Assembly: GCA_951406725.2 (NCBI GenBank)
Contig: OX597814.1
Span: 48,670,001 to 48,734,000, forward strand
Source of the DNA: Octopus vulgaris
Taxonomy: Eukaryota
DNA: 64,000 nt
Reading direction: 5' to 3'
Position numbers and translations under genes: made by a program. Under the pieces are notes generated by a model. The model made no database searches and was not told the origin of the DNA. It saw only the letters and a program-made list of their open reading frames with translations. Within the stretch, counting starts at the first letter, position 1, and the number at the start of each line of letters is the position of its first letter. Below, in pieces: positions 1 through 13,199 of this stretch.

Positions 1-936
1 TATTATTTTCAGATGTCTTAATTACGGATTCTTCTGGCTTATTTCATAAAGTAGAAGGCACAGGGAGATGAGATATTCAGTCAATAGAGTAACAAGCCGA
101 GACAGTCGTATCCTTGGTTTATATAAAAAGGAGACTCATTCAACAGATGAAAAATCCAGGGTTGAATAACTTTATTGAGACTTTCATTGAAAAAGTGAAA
201 ATACAAACATATGTTGCTTTTTGCATGGCGTTAGCCTGAGGGTAGTTTTCATTGAGCAGATTTATAATGAAAGGCTCCAGCTGTGGCCATCTTACTGACA
301 CAGTGTAATTGAACCACATTATCCATTCTATGGTTACCGTTTATTTAAAAAAAGAAGTGTGATTTGAGAGAGAATTAGCAGGTTGAGCGATTATATAGAG
401 GCTTCATCGTGTTGTATTAAAGAGAGAAATGCGATACAGTCCCAATGAAATAATTTTGAAACATTTATGTATAATTTACCACTGACACACAGATGGTGGT
501 GGACTGTGTAGAAACTTATGGAAAATATTATACTATGCCGTTACACGATCGAAGAATTCCTCTCTTTAAGCATAGAATACCTGCCGATCAAGTTTTGCTT
601 CTGTAAAGCTTTCATCTCATTGCTGCAAAATGGAGAAGTACACAGCCATATTATATGCACCTTGGCAACCATATGGTAATCATTTATAAATGTGACACAG
701 AGTCACATATTTGAGTGGAAGGAATGTAGTTGAAGTAAAAAAAATTAAATCAGTATCTGATTAGCATTTATTTTATGGACCACAGGAGACCTAAATCCAA
801 AGCGGTTTCGGTGAGATTTGAACTCAAAACGTAAAAGTACGTTAGCCAACATTAAAAAGTGTTGTGTTCGGTACTGTACAGAAAACCCTGCTCACAGTAT
901 CTGTGTATGTGATATATATATATATATATATATATA

Positions 937-1216
937 ATTTGTTTCAGTCATTTAACTGCAGCCATGCTGGAGCACCGCCTTTAGTCGAACAAATCGACTC
1001 CGGGACTTATTCTTTGTAAGCCTAGTACTTATTCTAACGCTCTATTTTGCCGAAATGCTAAGTTATGTGGACGTAAACACATCAACATAGGTTGTCAAGC
1101 GATGATGGGGGACAAACACACACACACAAACACATAAACATATACATATACATACACATATACATAAATAAATACATACATACATACATACATAAATACA
1201 TACATACATACATACA

Positions 1217-1300
<84 letters not shown>

Positions 1301-1357
1301 CAACGGTCTTCTTTCAGTTTCCGCCTACCAAATCTACTAACAAGGCTTTAGTCACCC
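937..1357 (-). mobile_element. tRNA-derived CORE-type SINE (family A), head truncated, internal (ATAC)n/(TA)n expanded
   Basis: Matches the full copy at 51550-51980: tail block gtttcagtcattt..gccatgctggagcaccgcctttagtcga and body cttctttcagtttccgcctaccaaatc. Confidence 0.85.
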
Positions 1358-1359
1358 TT

Positions 1360-2215
1360 TACAGCTGCTCCATAGGAACCATAACCGGCTGGATTGAGTT
1401 ATTTCAACTGAGACTCAAAAGAGAAATGCTCATCGTACTAGCAGAAAATTATATAAGGGTCCATATTCTGCAAGCTAGAGAATGCCTGAAACCTTCATAA
1501 GGATAGCAGCCTTTCTGGCCCGTGGCAAATATATCACGTCTCACCTAGAAGATTATGCTTTTAGTATCCAAGTACAGGTGATAGTTACTAAATACCTGAT
1601 CAACAAAAGAGGTAAGAATGCTTCTAAGCTTCCAGGGTGTAACAGAAACCGGTGAAGAAGAAATCAGTAGCTGTTCAAAAATGTCCGCTAGATATTATCT
1701 TCCCACGAGACATGGCATTGTCGCTAGGACAGTCTACAATGCTATAAGCTAGAAGGATTGACCAGACGCCCACACCAAAAGCATGCTAGAATGAGAACGT
1801 ATCCACACCCTTAAAAATAAACGATACTAGTGGAATATTCCAATAAAAACGAGGTGTAAGCATAACTGGCCAGATATGTTATATGGGATAGGGAGCAAAA
1901 GTTGTGCACCGTTGTAAAGATCGGTTTCCCAACGGATGTGAATGTCTTCGAAAATTGGAGAAGAAAACATCCATGAAGAACGGATGGAAAACCTACAATC
2001 CCTAAATCGAGTTTGTAGATCTTAATTTGTTTCTATTACCACAGATGCACTGAGCTGCGTAACAACAGATCTGCATAGAAACCTGGAAGTGCTTGGGTCC
2101 TCTAGAAAAACAAAAAACAGAACTGAGCAAACTAATTCGCATTCTCCAGATACAGTGTATAAGAGAAACAGTAAACATTTGTTAAACATTTCAGGGGTTC
2201 TCCATCTGACGTTCC
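1360..2215 (+). mobile_element. Decayed RLE-type non-LTR retrotransposon (R4/Dong-like), C-terminal zinc-knuckle/endonuclease region
   Basis: Manual translation gives ISSCSKMSARYYLPTRHGIVARTVYNAI (from 1663) and WNIPIKTRCKHNWPDM (from 1831), matching the C..RH and PD motifs of restriction-like endonucleases; stops and frameshifts present. Confidence 0.75.
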
Positions 2216-2349
2216 TGAGAGGAACACATACACGCGATCATATATTCCCTTTGCATATTTATGAATGCATACATAATAATGAAACCTACACACTTGTGGT
2301 CTATCGTTACATACACATCCACGAATGCAAGTTTACCCACACACGCACA

Positions 2350-2540
2350 CATACATACATACACACATACATACATACATACATACACACACACATACAT
2401 ACATACATACATACATACATACATACATACATACATACATACATACATACATACATGCATGCATGCATGCATACATACATACATACATACATACATACAT
2501 ACATACATACATACATACATACATACATACATACATACAT
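2350..2540. repeat. (ATAC)n microsatellite
   Basis: Seen directly; source of spurious HTYI/MYVC ORFs. Confidence 0.95.
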
Positions 2541-2800
2541 TACGTACACAAACCAATCCAGGTAACTACAAACCCCAAGGGATGCTTTACTTAAATAAAA
2601 GAGCCTTGCAAATTTGTTAGTGACCTTCAAAGGAAAAACTTAAAATAAATCTCAAAGAAGCATATACACAGACACACGCACATACACACATGCATAAATA
2701 TACATTAATACATGCATTCACACATACACAAACCTTTAAAACATATGTTGCAAACAAATACTGTAAGAAAGAAATCTGAAGTCATGTGTAGCAAATGACA

Positions 2801-3614
2801 GGATTATCAGCAGCTAGATAACTTATGCTATCATTATTGAATATTTAGAGTAATGGAGGATGAACCAGTAGACTGAATGTCTACTAGTTCAACCTCCATA
2901 GAGTATTTAGTTTCATTGCTGTTCTATTCTGAGTTCAAATCTCGTCTAGTTCGGCTTTGTTTTACATTCTCGGATTATCAGCAGCTAAATAACTTATGCT
3001 ATCGTTATTGAATATTTAGAGTAATGGAGGATGAACCAGTAGACTGAATGTCTACTAGTTCAACCTCCATAGAGTATTTAGTTTCATTGCTGTTCTATTC
3101 TGAGTTCAAATCTCGTCTAGTTCGGCTTTGTTTTACATTCTCGGATTATCAGCAGCTAAATAACTTATGCTATCATTATTGAATATTTAGAGTAATGGAG
3201 GATGAACCAGTAGACTGAATGTCTACTAGTTCAACCTCCATAGAGTATTTAGTTTCATTGCTGTTCTATTCTGAGTTCAAATCTCGTCTAGTTCGGCTTT
3301 GTTTTACATTCTCGGATTATCAGCAGCTAAATAACTTATGCTATCATTATTGAATATTTAGAGTAATGGAGGATGAACCAGTAGACTGAATGTCTACTAG
3401 TTCAACCTCCATAGAGTATTTAGTTTCATTGCTGTTCTATTCTGAGTTCAAATCTCGTCTAGCTCGGCTTTGTTTTACATTCTCGGATTATCAGCAGCTA
3501 AATAACTTATGCTATCATTATTGAATATTTAGAGTAATGGAGGATGAGCCAGTAGACTGAATGTCTACTAGTTCAACCTCCATAGAGTATTTAGTTTCAT
3601 TGCTGTTCTATTCT
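2801..3614 (+). repeat. 171-bp tandem repeat, about 4.8 near-identical copies, derived from a degenerate SINE head
   Basis: ggattatcagcagct recurs at 2801, 2972, 3143, 3314 and 3485; only isolated substitutions between units. Confidence 0.95.
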
Positions 3615-4644
3615 CGAGGACCTATAGCATAAGTATCAGTACTCGAGGACCTATAGTATAAGTGTCAGTTATGTACTAGGATTGATTCAAACCACTGTAT
3701 TCATTCTTTACAAAGTGGCGGCCTTGGGAGAAATCATTAGGGAATAGAACGCTACATTTATTTTATATATAAACATAAATGCAGACGCTCGTGGATATAT
3801 CCATACATGTATACACACAGAAATATAAGGCGATTTGATTATATCATGTATACGAATGGTATTAAGTTGTTTACAATAAATATATGAGAGGGAAGAGATT
3901 ACAACGTATATGGTGCACGACTGTATGTGTGTGTGTGTTCTCTTAATTTTACATTTGTTGTAAACAACTTTAATTTCATATTCATATATCAATCAGCGCA
4001 ATAAATTGTGTGTGCTTATGTGCGACCATATATATGTGTGTGTCTGCATATGAATTGGTATATAAAATAAATGTTGGAATCTATTCCATAATGATTTCTC
4101 ATATTCATATTCTTGCGTGACTACCCGTTTATCAACAAAAAATATTTTATAAAGTGGTATTGTTCGTATCCGAGCACATTCCAAAAATACCAAATGAGCT
4201 TGAAACTATAGCACACTCTTGGTGTTTATTTTTTTAAATTACAATGAATACTGGGTAAAAATGTGGTAAGACATTCGATGTTTCAACGGGTAACCACATC
4301 GGTGCAGAGATGTGTGAACCCATAGGACTATTCCTCTTGATTGAACAGAAAAGCAAGAACACTAACGTTGGACTGTATAATGATTAGAGCTTGATAGTTT
4401 TGAAAATTCATAATGGGTGTGCAACTAACACACTGATGAATATAATGAAAGCATCGAGGAAAAATTTGTGAAAATGACTGGAGTAAGCAGCCTAGTATCA
4501 CCCAACTTCTTAGATACAACGTCAAATTTAACGTAAATTTCGTATGAAATCTGGCGTCCAGCCTCTAAATATACATTCATGTTCATATACAATGTAAATA
4601 TACACCCCTCTGAGTTATTAATCAAATATCTATAAAAATAAGTG

Positions 4645-4850
4645 ATCACGTAAGCAGTTTTTCAACGAAGCAACATTTCACAGGGCCGAGAACAACTACC
4701 CCTAGGCGCTCAGCCATAAATACATCAAAACTAACTACAAACAATATAAAAAGTCCCTTAACATGGAAAGAGACACAATCTGGTTAAACCCGCCGTTCAG
4801 TAAGAACGTTTTTACTTGCATGACTAAACAATTTCTTTCCCTACAAACTA
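4645..4850 (+). mobile_element. Penelope-like element fragment (RT-endonuclease linker)
   Basis: Translates RDTIWLNPPFSKNVFTCMTKQFLSL, resembling the PLE motif IIWFNPPYSKNV.TNIGK.FL.L. Confidence 0.7.
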
Positions 4851-5309
4851 CACAAAATTAGTGCAAATCAAATGAGAGATGTTTGTAATTGAGCAAAAAC
4901 TGAGTCGTGTCCTCAGCTGAACCTTTATTTTACAAATACAAATCCTATAGGCTTCTATATAGTTTCTGTCTAGACGTTTTTATGTGATAAAAAGCAGATG
5001 CCTAAAATAATGCGCGATGGAATCGAACCCAGGACGTCATGGTTGCGAAACGAACTTCTAAACCACTCCGCCTCGTTATTTATGATATTGAAGTTAATTA
5101 CATCTTAGATATGTACATACTGTTTTCATTAAAACACGTATAACACATTTAGAGTTGAACCGGTAATAGCATTTGTAGCTAATACTGATTTGATTAAAAC
5201 ACTGTGACATATAAGAAGCTTAAATGGATCATATATAAGACAACTAATAAAACTAATGGAGTTTTGCGTCAGCAAAAATCACAAAGAAAATACATCACGC
5301 ACTCAGACG

Positions 5310-5380
<71 letters not shown>

Positions 5381-5704
5381 GAATTATGTGGTATAGTATT
5401 ATACAAAGATTTAACGAAGCGATCTCGTACACAAGAGTTGGGAAAGACCAACGACCAACCTCGGCTTTCACAGGAAAGGTTGGTAGGTAAAACATGGTGG
5501 GGCTTCTTTCACAGTTTTTCTACAAGCTATTCTGGTGACTATCAGGATTGTTTTATTTTCTCAAACTCTCGAGTATGAAACCGGTTAAATGGGCTGCAAG
5601 GGATCGATGGTATTGTAGAATTATTAATATACTTTCTCTAATTATTAATTCGAATCCCTGGATCTTCTGACTTGAGGATTCTTTGATGACTATATATATA
5701 TATA

Positions 5705-5850
5705 TTATTGAAATTTACATAAAAACAAAAGACGAAGACAGGTGTATAAACAACAAGCAGGTGTATTAGTTTGACGCTCAGGAAGGTGAGAAAGTATTTT
5801 ACGTTTCGAGCCTATGCTCTTCAACAGAAAGGAACACGAGCAAATAAACC
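5705..5850 (-). mobile_element. Penelope-type terminal repeat fragment with minimal hammerhead motif
   Basis: Minus strand 5827-5800: CTGTTGA-A-GAGC[ATAG]GCTC-GAAAC-GTA; flanked by (TA)n; related to copies at 16120 and 16556. Confidence 0.65.
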
Positions 5851-5852
5851 CA

Positions 5853-5933
<81 letters not shown>

Positions 5934-5944
5934 CATGTGTGTGT

Positions 5945-6001
<57 letters not shown>

Positions 6002-6772
6002 TTGGGTTGGCAAAAAAGTAATTTTGTTTTTCGCAAATAGAGTTACATTTTTTTAATGACTTTTGTCAATGTTATGATTTTTTCCTTTTGACATTTGATA
6101 GCTGTCACTTTTAGCTTACTTTAGAAGCAAATTGCGCGTAATTTTGTTTAGACCTGTTAGTTTAGTATCAATTTTAACATGGAGTGTAAAAACGAACATT
6201 TTCGCCATATTTTGCTTTTTTATTTCTGTAAAGACAAGAAAGCTGCTGAGGCTCACAAAGAGATGTGTGAAGTTTATGATTTTAATTACTTAACGGGATA
6301 CACACATCAGAAATGGTTTAAAAATTCCGTTCTGGAGATTTTTCACTCAAAGATGACCAACGTTCTGGTTGACCTATTGAAGTTGATGACGACCGAACTA
6401 AAGCCATAATTGAATCTGATTGTCATATAACTGTACGAGAGATTGCAGAGAGGTTAAATGTATCACACACAACAATTAAACATCACTTAAAATGTCTTGG
6501 ACTCGTTAAGAAGCTCGATATTTGGGTTCCACATAAATTGAAAGAAATTCAAATAACACAACCAATCAATATTTGCGATATGCATCTCAAATGCAACGAA
6601 ATCGACCTTTTTTAAACGAATCATTACTGGTGGGGAAAACTGAATCAAAACGATCATGGTCCAAGCGTAATGAACCAGCACAAACCACATCGAAAGCTGA
6701 ATTGCATCAAAAACAGTCATGCTGTCGATTTGGTGGGATTACAAAGGTGTTGTGTATTTTGAGCTGCTTCTA
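6002..6772 (+). mobile_element. Mariner transposon, 5' half (TIR, HTH, start of catalytic domain), frameshifted
   Basis: TIR ttgggttggcaaaaaagtaattt; MECKNEHFRHILLFYF..AAEAHKEMCEVY; WVPHKL; MLSIWWDYKGVVYFELL, where it stops. Confidence 0.92.
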
Positions 6773-6789
6773 ATGATTGGGACAGGTAA

Positions 6790-7050
6790 AGGAAAAAAGA
6801 TATATTTGTATATCGGAGGCCAGGTCTATCCAATGTTTATTTGCTTCCATTACTGGTTGCATATACGTTTGTGAGCTACATTTGCCAATATTATGAAGTA
6901 AATCCGAGCCCCCCAGAAACAGCTGTCGGACTTGTAACACCATACCTTTTCCCCCTTTGACTTTATCTGTTTTTGTACTCTTTGTAAATTTGCTGCGTTG
7001 ACTATAAATATCTATATATTTATACTTGATTAGTCATCGTTTGAAAATTT
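6790..7050 (+). mobile_element. Degenerate Penelope-type terminal repeat remnant
   Basis: GAAAC-AGCT-GTC at 6916-6927 (palindromic hammerhead stem III) preceded by a decayed CTGATGA (ttatgaa at 6891). Confidence 0.4.
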
Positions 7051-7141
7051 TCAGTTTTTGCCTTCTCTATATTTACCTGTATACATGCATATATATATAT
7101 TTTGCATACCAAACCCAAGTAGTTTTACTTGTTTATTTACA

Positions 7142-7212
<71 letters not shown>

Positions 7213-7540
7213 ATGTATCTATAGAATCCCGCTAATACGCTTTAGTGAGTCCATTTTATTATACCAAACTATAGAACAAATAGCAATGGCGAAATAGGAA
7301 CAACTACTAAGGGAATCCTCTTCTGTTTTGTTATGCATAGAGAGGAAATTTCTGTCATTTCTACCAGGCGAATTCAAAGCATTTTGAGAAAAATCAGTTA
7401 GATTTAATAAAATCATAGAATTTGCACTCAGACAAAAAGTTGACGAAATAATCCAAAGGATTATGTCTGTTATAAAACTGGGATATATTAATATGTGTAA
7501 ACTTAAAATGAAATTAAATGCAGTGGTTGAGGGAACATGT

Positions 7541-7588
<48 letters not shown>

Positions 7589-7649
7589 TGTGTACAGTGC
7601 TCAGGTGCACTACAACTCATCTAAAGTGTATATATAAATCGGATATATG

Positions 7650-8700
7650 TTTGGTATTATAGTTTGATGTCCAACAAAAGTTAAGAGGTTCGCTTAAGAT
7701 ATAAATGAATATGAAAAATAAAAAACTATGTAGTTACAATTCGACAGTAGATTAATGTCACGATAATCATTCCAATAGATTGAAAATATATGAATCAATT
7801 TTCCGAAAATCTCAGATTTAGCATTTAAATATAGTTCTGATTTTAGTTAATTTTATAAGACCAATCTTTTCTCTGCTAATCATATGTCATATTTATTACT
7901 GTCAACTTTATAAGGACTTGATTTTCCAATTATTTTTCAGTAGATATAGTTTCAAGTATTTTCTATAGTTTCATTGTATTCCAATTTTTAGTGTTTGTAA
8001 ATAAAGAGGTATGATTATAAAATCTTTTCTTGAACGTCTTTCGGGCATTTCAGTATAGCGTATTAAGTTGTATTCAGTTTCAAATATATTGAGTTAACTT
8101 CTGCTTCGTAAGTCATGGTTTATGCATTACGGGAACTATTTACGCGAGCAATTGGTCTCAGAGAATATGGTTGGGTTATGGGATGCAATATGCTTTATAT
8201 TAACACTTTAGCTACATCCTATTTTAAGGTAATGTCTATTGCATAATTTCTTATGTACAGCTAATAAGAAAGTCTTTTCTAAATATTGGAAGGTTTTTAA
8301 CTTTGATATAACATTTAATGAGCAGCTTGTGCAAGCCAAATTATATTTCAATGCCATTCTTTGTCAGGTTTGGGGGATATAATTGATATATTTAAATCCG
8401 TTCGCTTTCAATGTATAATTACTATAAAGAACTACGTTTTTAAGGAACTTTTCTTTTGAGGACAACTTCAAAATTCTTCTGTCTATATTATTGAAAGAAT
8501 CCTTATATGATTGTTATGAAACCGTGCGAACATAAACGATCGTTTGATTTAATTTTCTAAATGCTATGTATGAGCATATAGAAGGATGGTCAGATTTAAG
8601 AAATTGACTCCATATAATTATTATTATAATATTTAGGCCGAAAATGCAAAATGTTTGGATGGTTAATATCTTTCCTTATTTTTTCTAAGGACTTCTACAC
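7650..8700 (-). mobile_element. Highly decayed Penelope-like element (RT thumb to GIY-YIG)
   Basis: Minus-strand pieces read SDHPSI, TYEAEVNS and TFKKRFYNHT in PLE order; many stops. Confidence 0.55.
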
Positions 8701-8796
8701 ACAACTAGCCTATCATTACTGCAAAGTCCAAAGTCTATAGAAGACTTGTTTGTATTTATCTATGTTTGTAGTATATCTGTCTGTCTGTCTCGAACA

Positions 8797-8965
8797 TGCA
8801 CTATATATTCGTTCTTCGCCCGTTTATTACTGATCTTATTTTATCTTATGTCTAGGAGGATACACGAAGACGGAAAAGGTTGCTGAAGAGGTCACAGGTG
8901 TGTGACGAAAGATTTCCGGACAATGAAATAAGAACAATAATTAACGAGTGAAGAACGAATAGTGT
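8797..8965 (+). mobile_element. Penelope-type terminus: inverted repeat enclosing a hammerhead core
   Basis: CTGAAGA-G-GTCACA[GGTG]TGTGAC-GAAA at 8883-8910; about 8799-8853 is an imperfect reverse complement of about 8918-8965. Confidence 0.6.
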
Positions 8966-9108
8966 GTGTGTTTATTTGGCGAAAAGCAAAAATAAAACAA
9001 AACAAAACATAAAACAAATGACCAACTCGATGTATAACAATATATATATGAAAGAGAGAGACAGAGAGTGAGAGAGAGTGTATGTGTGTGTGTATGTACA
9101 AAAATGCT

Positions 9109-9187
<79 letters not shown>

Positions 9188-9519
9188 ATCTTTGTATGCC
9201 ATATCATGCGTCATGCGCCCTTAACCCTTCTGACTCGTAGGAGCGCCGTTGTGACATACAGCATGTCTTAGATTTAACCACTCCAGATTTTACCACAGTT
9301 GATTTCTTCCAGAAGGAGAGAAAGAAACAGCCAGAAAGAAACAATTAGAAAAAGCGGAGAAATGACTTCAATACAGGACTGCTATTTTATTTATGGACTC
9401 TGACAGGATGAAAGGCAAAGATGTCCTCGGCGGAATTTGAACTTAGATCGCAGTGGGTCTGAACGATTACCGCATGTCAATCTACTCAATGCTCTAACGT
9501 TGCAACCAATCGGTTGCCT

Positions 9520-9601
<82 letters not shown>

Positions 9602-9648
9602 GTCTGTCTGTCTGTCTATCAATCAGTCTATTTTATCTATCTATGTAC

Positions 9649-9705
<57 letters not shown>

Positions 9706-9720
9706 AATCTATGTATGTAC

Positions 9721-9766
<46 letters not shown>

Positions 9767-9824
9767 GTCTGTCTGTCTGTCTGACTGCCTGTCTATCTAT
9801 CTGACTGTCTGTCTATCTGTCTGC

Positions 9825-9887
<63 letters not shown>

Positions 9888-9929
9888 CCTATCTATCTAC
9901 CTATCTATCTATCTATCTCTCTATCTACT

Positions 9930-9989
<60 letters not shown>

Positions 9990-9990
9990 G
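9520..9990. repeat. (TATC)n/(TGTC)n compound microsatellite
   Basis: Seen directly; source of YLSI ORFs. Confidence 0.95.
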
Positions 9991-10022
9991 TGTGTGTATG
10001 TATTCATTTGAGTCTCTCTCAC

Positions 10023-10057
<35 letters not shown>

Positions 10058-10850
10058 TTATTCATATGTATGCACGTACGTATGTGTATTCATATATATA
10101 CATATGCATTTATGTTTACGTATGTGTACGTGTCTGTGTGTACGTCCCAATGCACATACGTACGTAATATACATTCATACCTACATTCACACATCTTACA
10201 TGCTTCCTCCCTTCTAGCGCCTTCCTTTTGTCTCGTTTCTGTTTTCTCATTATAACTACAATTACAGCTACAGCGATTTAATTTCTTTTTTCGTTTATTT
10301 CTTTATCCTTTTATTCATCAGCTCACTTAGAGAACTCACACAGCTGTGTGCAAAGCAGGAGAAGCAATATTTCCACACCGTATAACTATTTCCTTATAGG
10401 GTCTGCTTTCTTTCGGTAGCTTATTACTTTGTTGTGCAAAGAGATTCCTTCCGCTCAGCTGACACAGTTTCAAAGTGGTGAGAGACTTGCAGTTAAATGT
10501 ACATCGACAGTAAATACGCACAAGTGATTTTGAGAACAAAGAGAATAGTTTTTCGCTTTTTGTTTTGTTTTGTTTTCTAAGGAATAAATATGAAAGATTG
10601 AAACCGGCTGTAATCAGCGAACAAAAACTTCGTAAATCAAGGACGTTAAAGTCCGTGTTATTAAAGTATTAAAAACAGACTGTTTTCGTTCAATCCTTAT
10701 AACCAAACTTTATGATAATGAGAGTAAATGTAACCTTTTTTCATTTTTTTTTTGTGATTATGGCTTTTTAATGTGGTGTTTGTCGGTTCGTATCCCTATT
10801 GCCGGCTTTGAGTTATATTTACAGTGTATATATATATATATATATATATA

Positions 10851-11225
10851 CTAGCAGTATCGCCCGGCGTTGCTCGGGTTTGTAAGGGAAATAACTATAA
10901 AGCATTTTTAGAGAGTTATAGCCAAAAAATAGCAAAAAAATGGAAAAAAAAATGATGGTAAATTTCTTTTGAGAGTTAAAAGGTCGAGTTGCGTCCCCTA
11001 GACAGTCTGTGGTTTGTGTTTCTGATTCTCGACCCCATGTCGAATTTATCGATTTTTTTCAGAACTGGGGAAACGTTTCAAAATTTTCGCTGCGTTAGTT
11101 TTGAATTATGACATTGGGCTATGTGTGTGTCAAGTTTCATCAGAATCGGTTGAAAGCCGTGGTCAGGGTGAGGGTACAACCTAACAGACACACAGACACA
11201 CAGACACGCAGACAGACAAACTGCC

Positions 11226-11230
<5 letters not shown>
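10851..11230 (-). mobile_element. Non-autonomous Helitron inserted in (TA)n
   Basis: Minus-strand 3' end cccgagcaacgccggg hairpin + cgatactg-CTAG followed by T; 3' end shared with 40449 and 44774 but different interior. Confidence 0.8.
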
Positions 11231-11286
<56 letters not shown>

Positions 11287-11594
11287 GTGTGTGCGTACGT
11301 GCGTGTGAGTGAGTGGTTAGGGTGCTGATCATAATATTGTGGTTTCCATTTCTGGACTGGGCAGTGCATTGTGTTCTTGAGAAAAACCCTTCTTTTTACA
11401 CGTTGCTCCAGTCCACCTAGGGAGCAGGGTGAATATATACGCCACAAAATCTGGGAAACCATTTTGTGTTGAGTCTGCAGTTTGAATCACTTTAACCAAA
11501 TTTTAGCAGGCCGGATTTTTGATCATCACGATACATCGCCAGCGACTCCCTGAAACTCTCCCCTGAAATCCCCGTTGAGAAATACTGATCTAAA

Positions 11595-11815
11595 CGAATA
11601 ATTCAACAATGCAATTATTTTATCAACAAAAATTTATGAAACGCTTCTACGTACTTCCTATTGAGGAAATGGAACACATAAGCGCAAAAATAGAAGGCAT
11701 TAAATGTTTGATTTTAAAACCAAAATAATTGAATTTTGATTGAACTTCATCCAAGTTTAGCTTAATTCGCGCGTGCATAGAACGCACGAGCGCACGAGCC
11801 GGGCAATACTGCTAG
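11595..11815 (+). mobile_element. Helitron 3' end fragment
   Basis: Ends gccgggcaatactg-CTAG-t like the other Helitrons; 5' boundary uncertain. Confidence 0.5.
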
Positions 11816-12180
11816 TATAACATATGGTCCCTGGCTTCTCCTTGACCTCTTCTTGTACAGATAATTGCTCTTTCCTAGCGTGATCTCTGAAAGACGTTTG
11901 AAGAGTCAATCACATGTACTGCAGCAATGTCTTAATTCAGCATTGGTTCAGTTTTCAGCTGTTTCAATCCTCGACGTGACTTGCAGGGTTTTTTTTGACA
12001 GACATTGCATTGAAACTGGTCAACTGAATAAAAATTCTAATAGTTCATGTATACCTTACCTACATGGGTATGCTGGTGCGGTCTCATTACAGCGTGAGAC
12101 AAGCATACTTTTGTGCATAAAGAATATTTAAAGAAGGATATATATATTTGTGTGCGTGTGTGCGTGTGTGTGTGTGTGTA

Positions 12181-12630
12181 TAGGTTTGGGAAGAAAGTAA
12201 TTTCGGTGTTTTAGTGTGAAATAAAGTCATTTTTTTCATACAAAGAATAAACTTCAATGGATTACATATTTTCCATGACCTTTTGCCATCTTTCTGGCAA
12301 CTTCATGATTCCGCGCTCATAGAACTTCTGGTCCTTATCAACCAAAAACTGAAACAAGTGTGATTTCAGGTCATCATCATTATGGAAAATTTTACCATTC
12401 AAAGAATTTTGCAAAGTTCGAAATAAATGGTCATCTGATGGTGCAAGTTCAGGGCTATATGGTGGATGGGATATCACTTTCCAACCAAGATCCAATAATT
12501 TTTCATGAGTTAGCAAAGATGTGTGCGATCTAGCATTGTCATAGTGGAACACGATTCCTTTACGATTTGCCTATTCTTGCCGTTTTCCTTTGATTTCTTC
12601 CTCTAGATTCATTAGTTGTTGACAGTAAAC
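12181..12630 (-). mobile_element. Mariner transposon, 3' half with TIR
   Basis: VYCQQLMNLE..FHYDNARSHT..HPPYSPELAPSDDHLF (DNA..H and YSPDLAP.D motifs); TIR taggtttgggaagaaagtaatt next to TA. Confidence 0.92.
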
Positions 12631-12639
12631 TGTCAGCTA

Positions 12640-12885
12640 GGGCACAGCCTTGGAGAATTGCGGTCGAACGAATCAACCCCTGCACTTAACTTTTTTTAAG
12701 ACTGGTTCTTATTCTATTGATCTCTTTTGCCAAACCGCTAAGTGACAGGTCAAACCAACATCAGTTATCGAGCGGAAAAAGAATAAACACAGATGCAAAG
12801 ACACACACAGAGATATACAGAGGCCTCTCGCGTGTATATATATATATATATACGACGGGCTTCTTTTAGATTCCGTAGCCTTCTT
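12640..12885 (-). mobile_element. Family A SINE, degenerate partial
   Basis: cttattctattgatctcttttgccaaaccgctaag and tacgacgggcttct blocks. Confidence 0.7.
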
Positions 12886-13121
12886 ACCGTCCCCTACACA
12901 TATACACTCATGTATAATGTGTGTGCGTGTATGTGTGTATGTGTGTGCACGCGCGCGTGTCTTGGAACAGGTGATATTGAAGCAATAAAGAAAAAACGTC
13001 GAAGCCTCCGTGACACTGTTACATTATTTGCGCATAAAATACAGAATACAAAACACAAATTTATGATCAAATGATTGGACTATATTATCATCCCATTGCC
13101 AAAAAGTGAGTGAGTGTGTTT

Positions 13122-13174
<53 letters not shown>

Positions 13175-13199
13175 AGGGAGAGAGACATAATACTATATA

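Noticed and set aside
480-680. Possible small exon
   Set aside because: Splice-like sites exist but no convincing frame or homology
2801-3614. CRISPR-like array or alpha satellite
   Set aside because: Whole units are identical with no unique spacers and no cas genes; only the 171-bp length resembles alpha satellite
5573-5590. GAAACCGGTTA hammerhead-like stem III
   Set aside because: No upstream CTGANGA box
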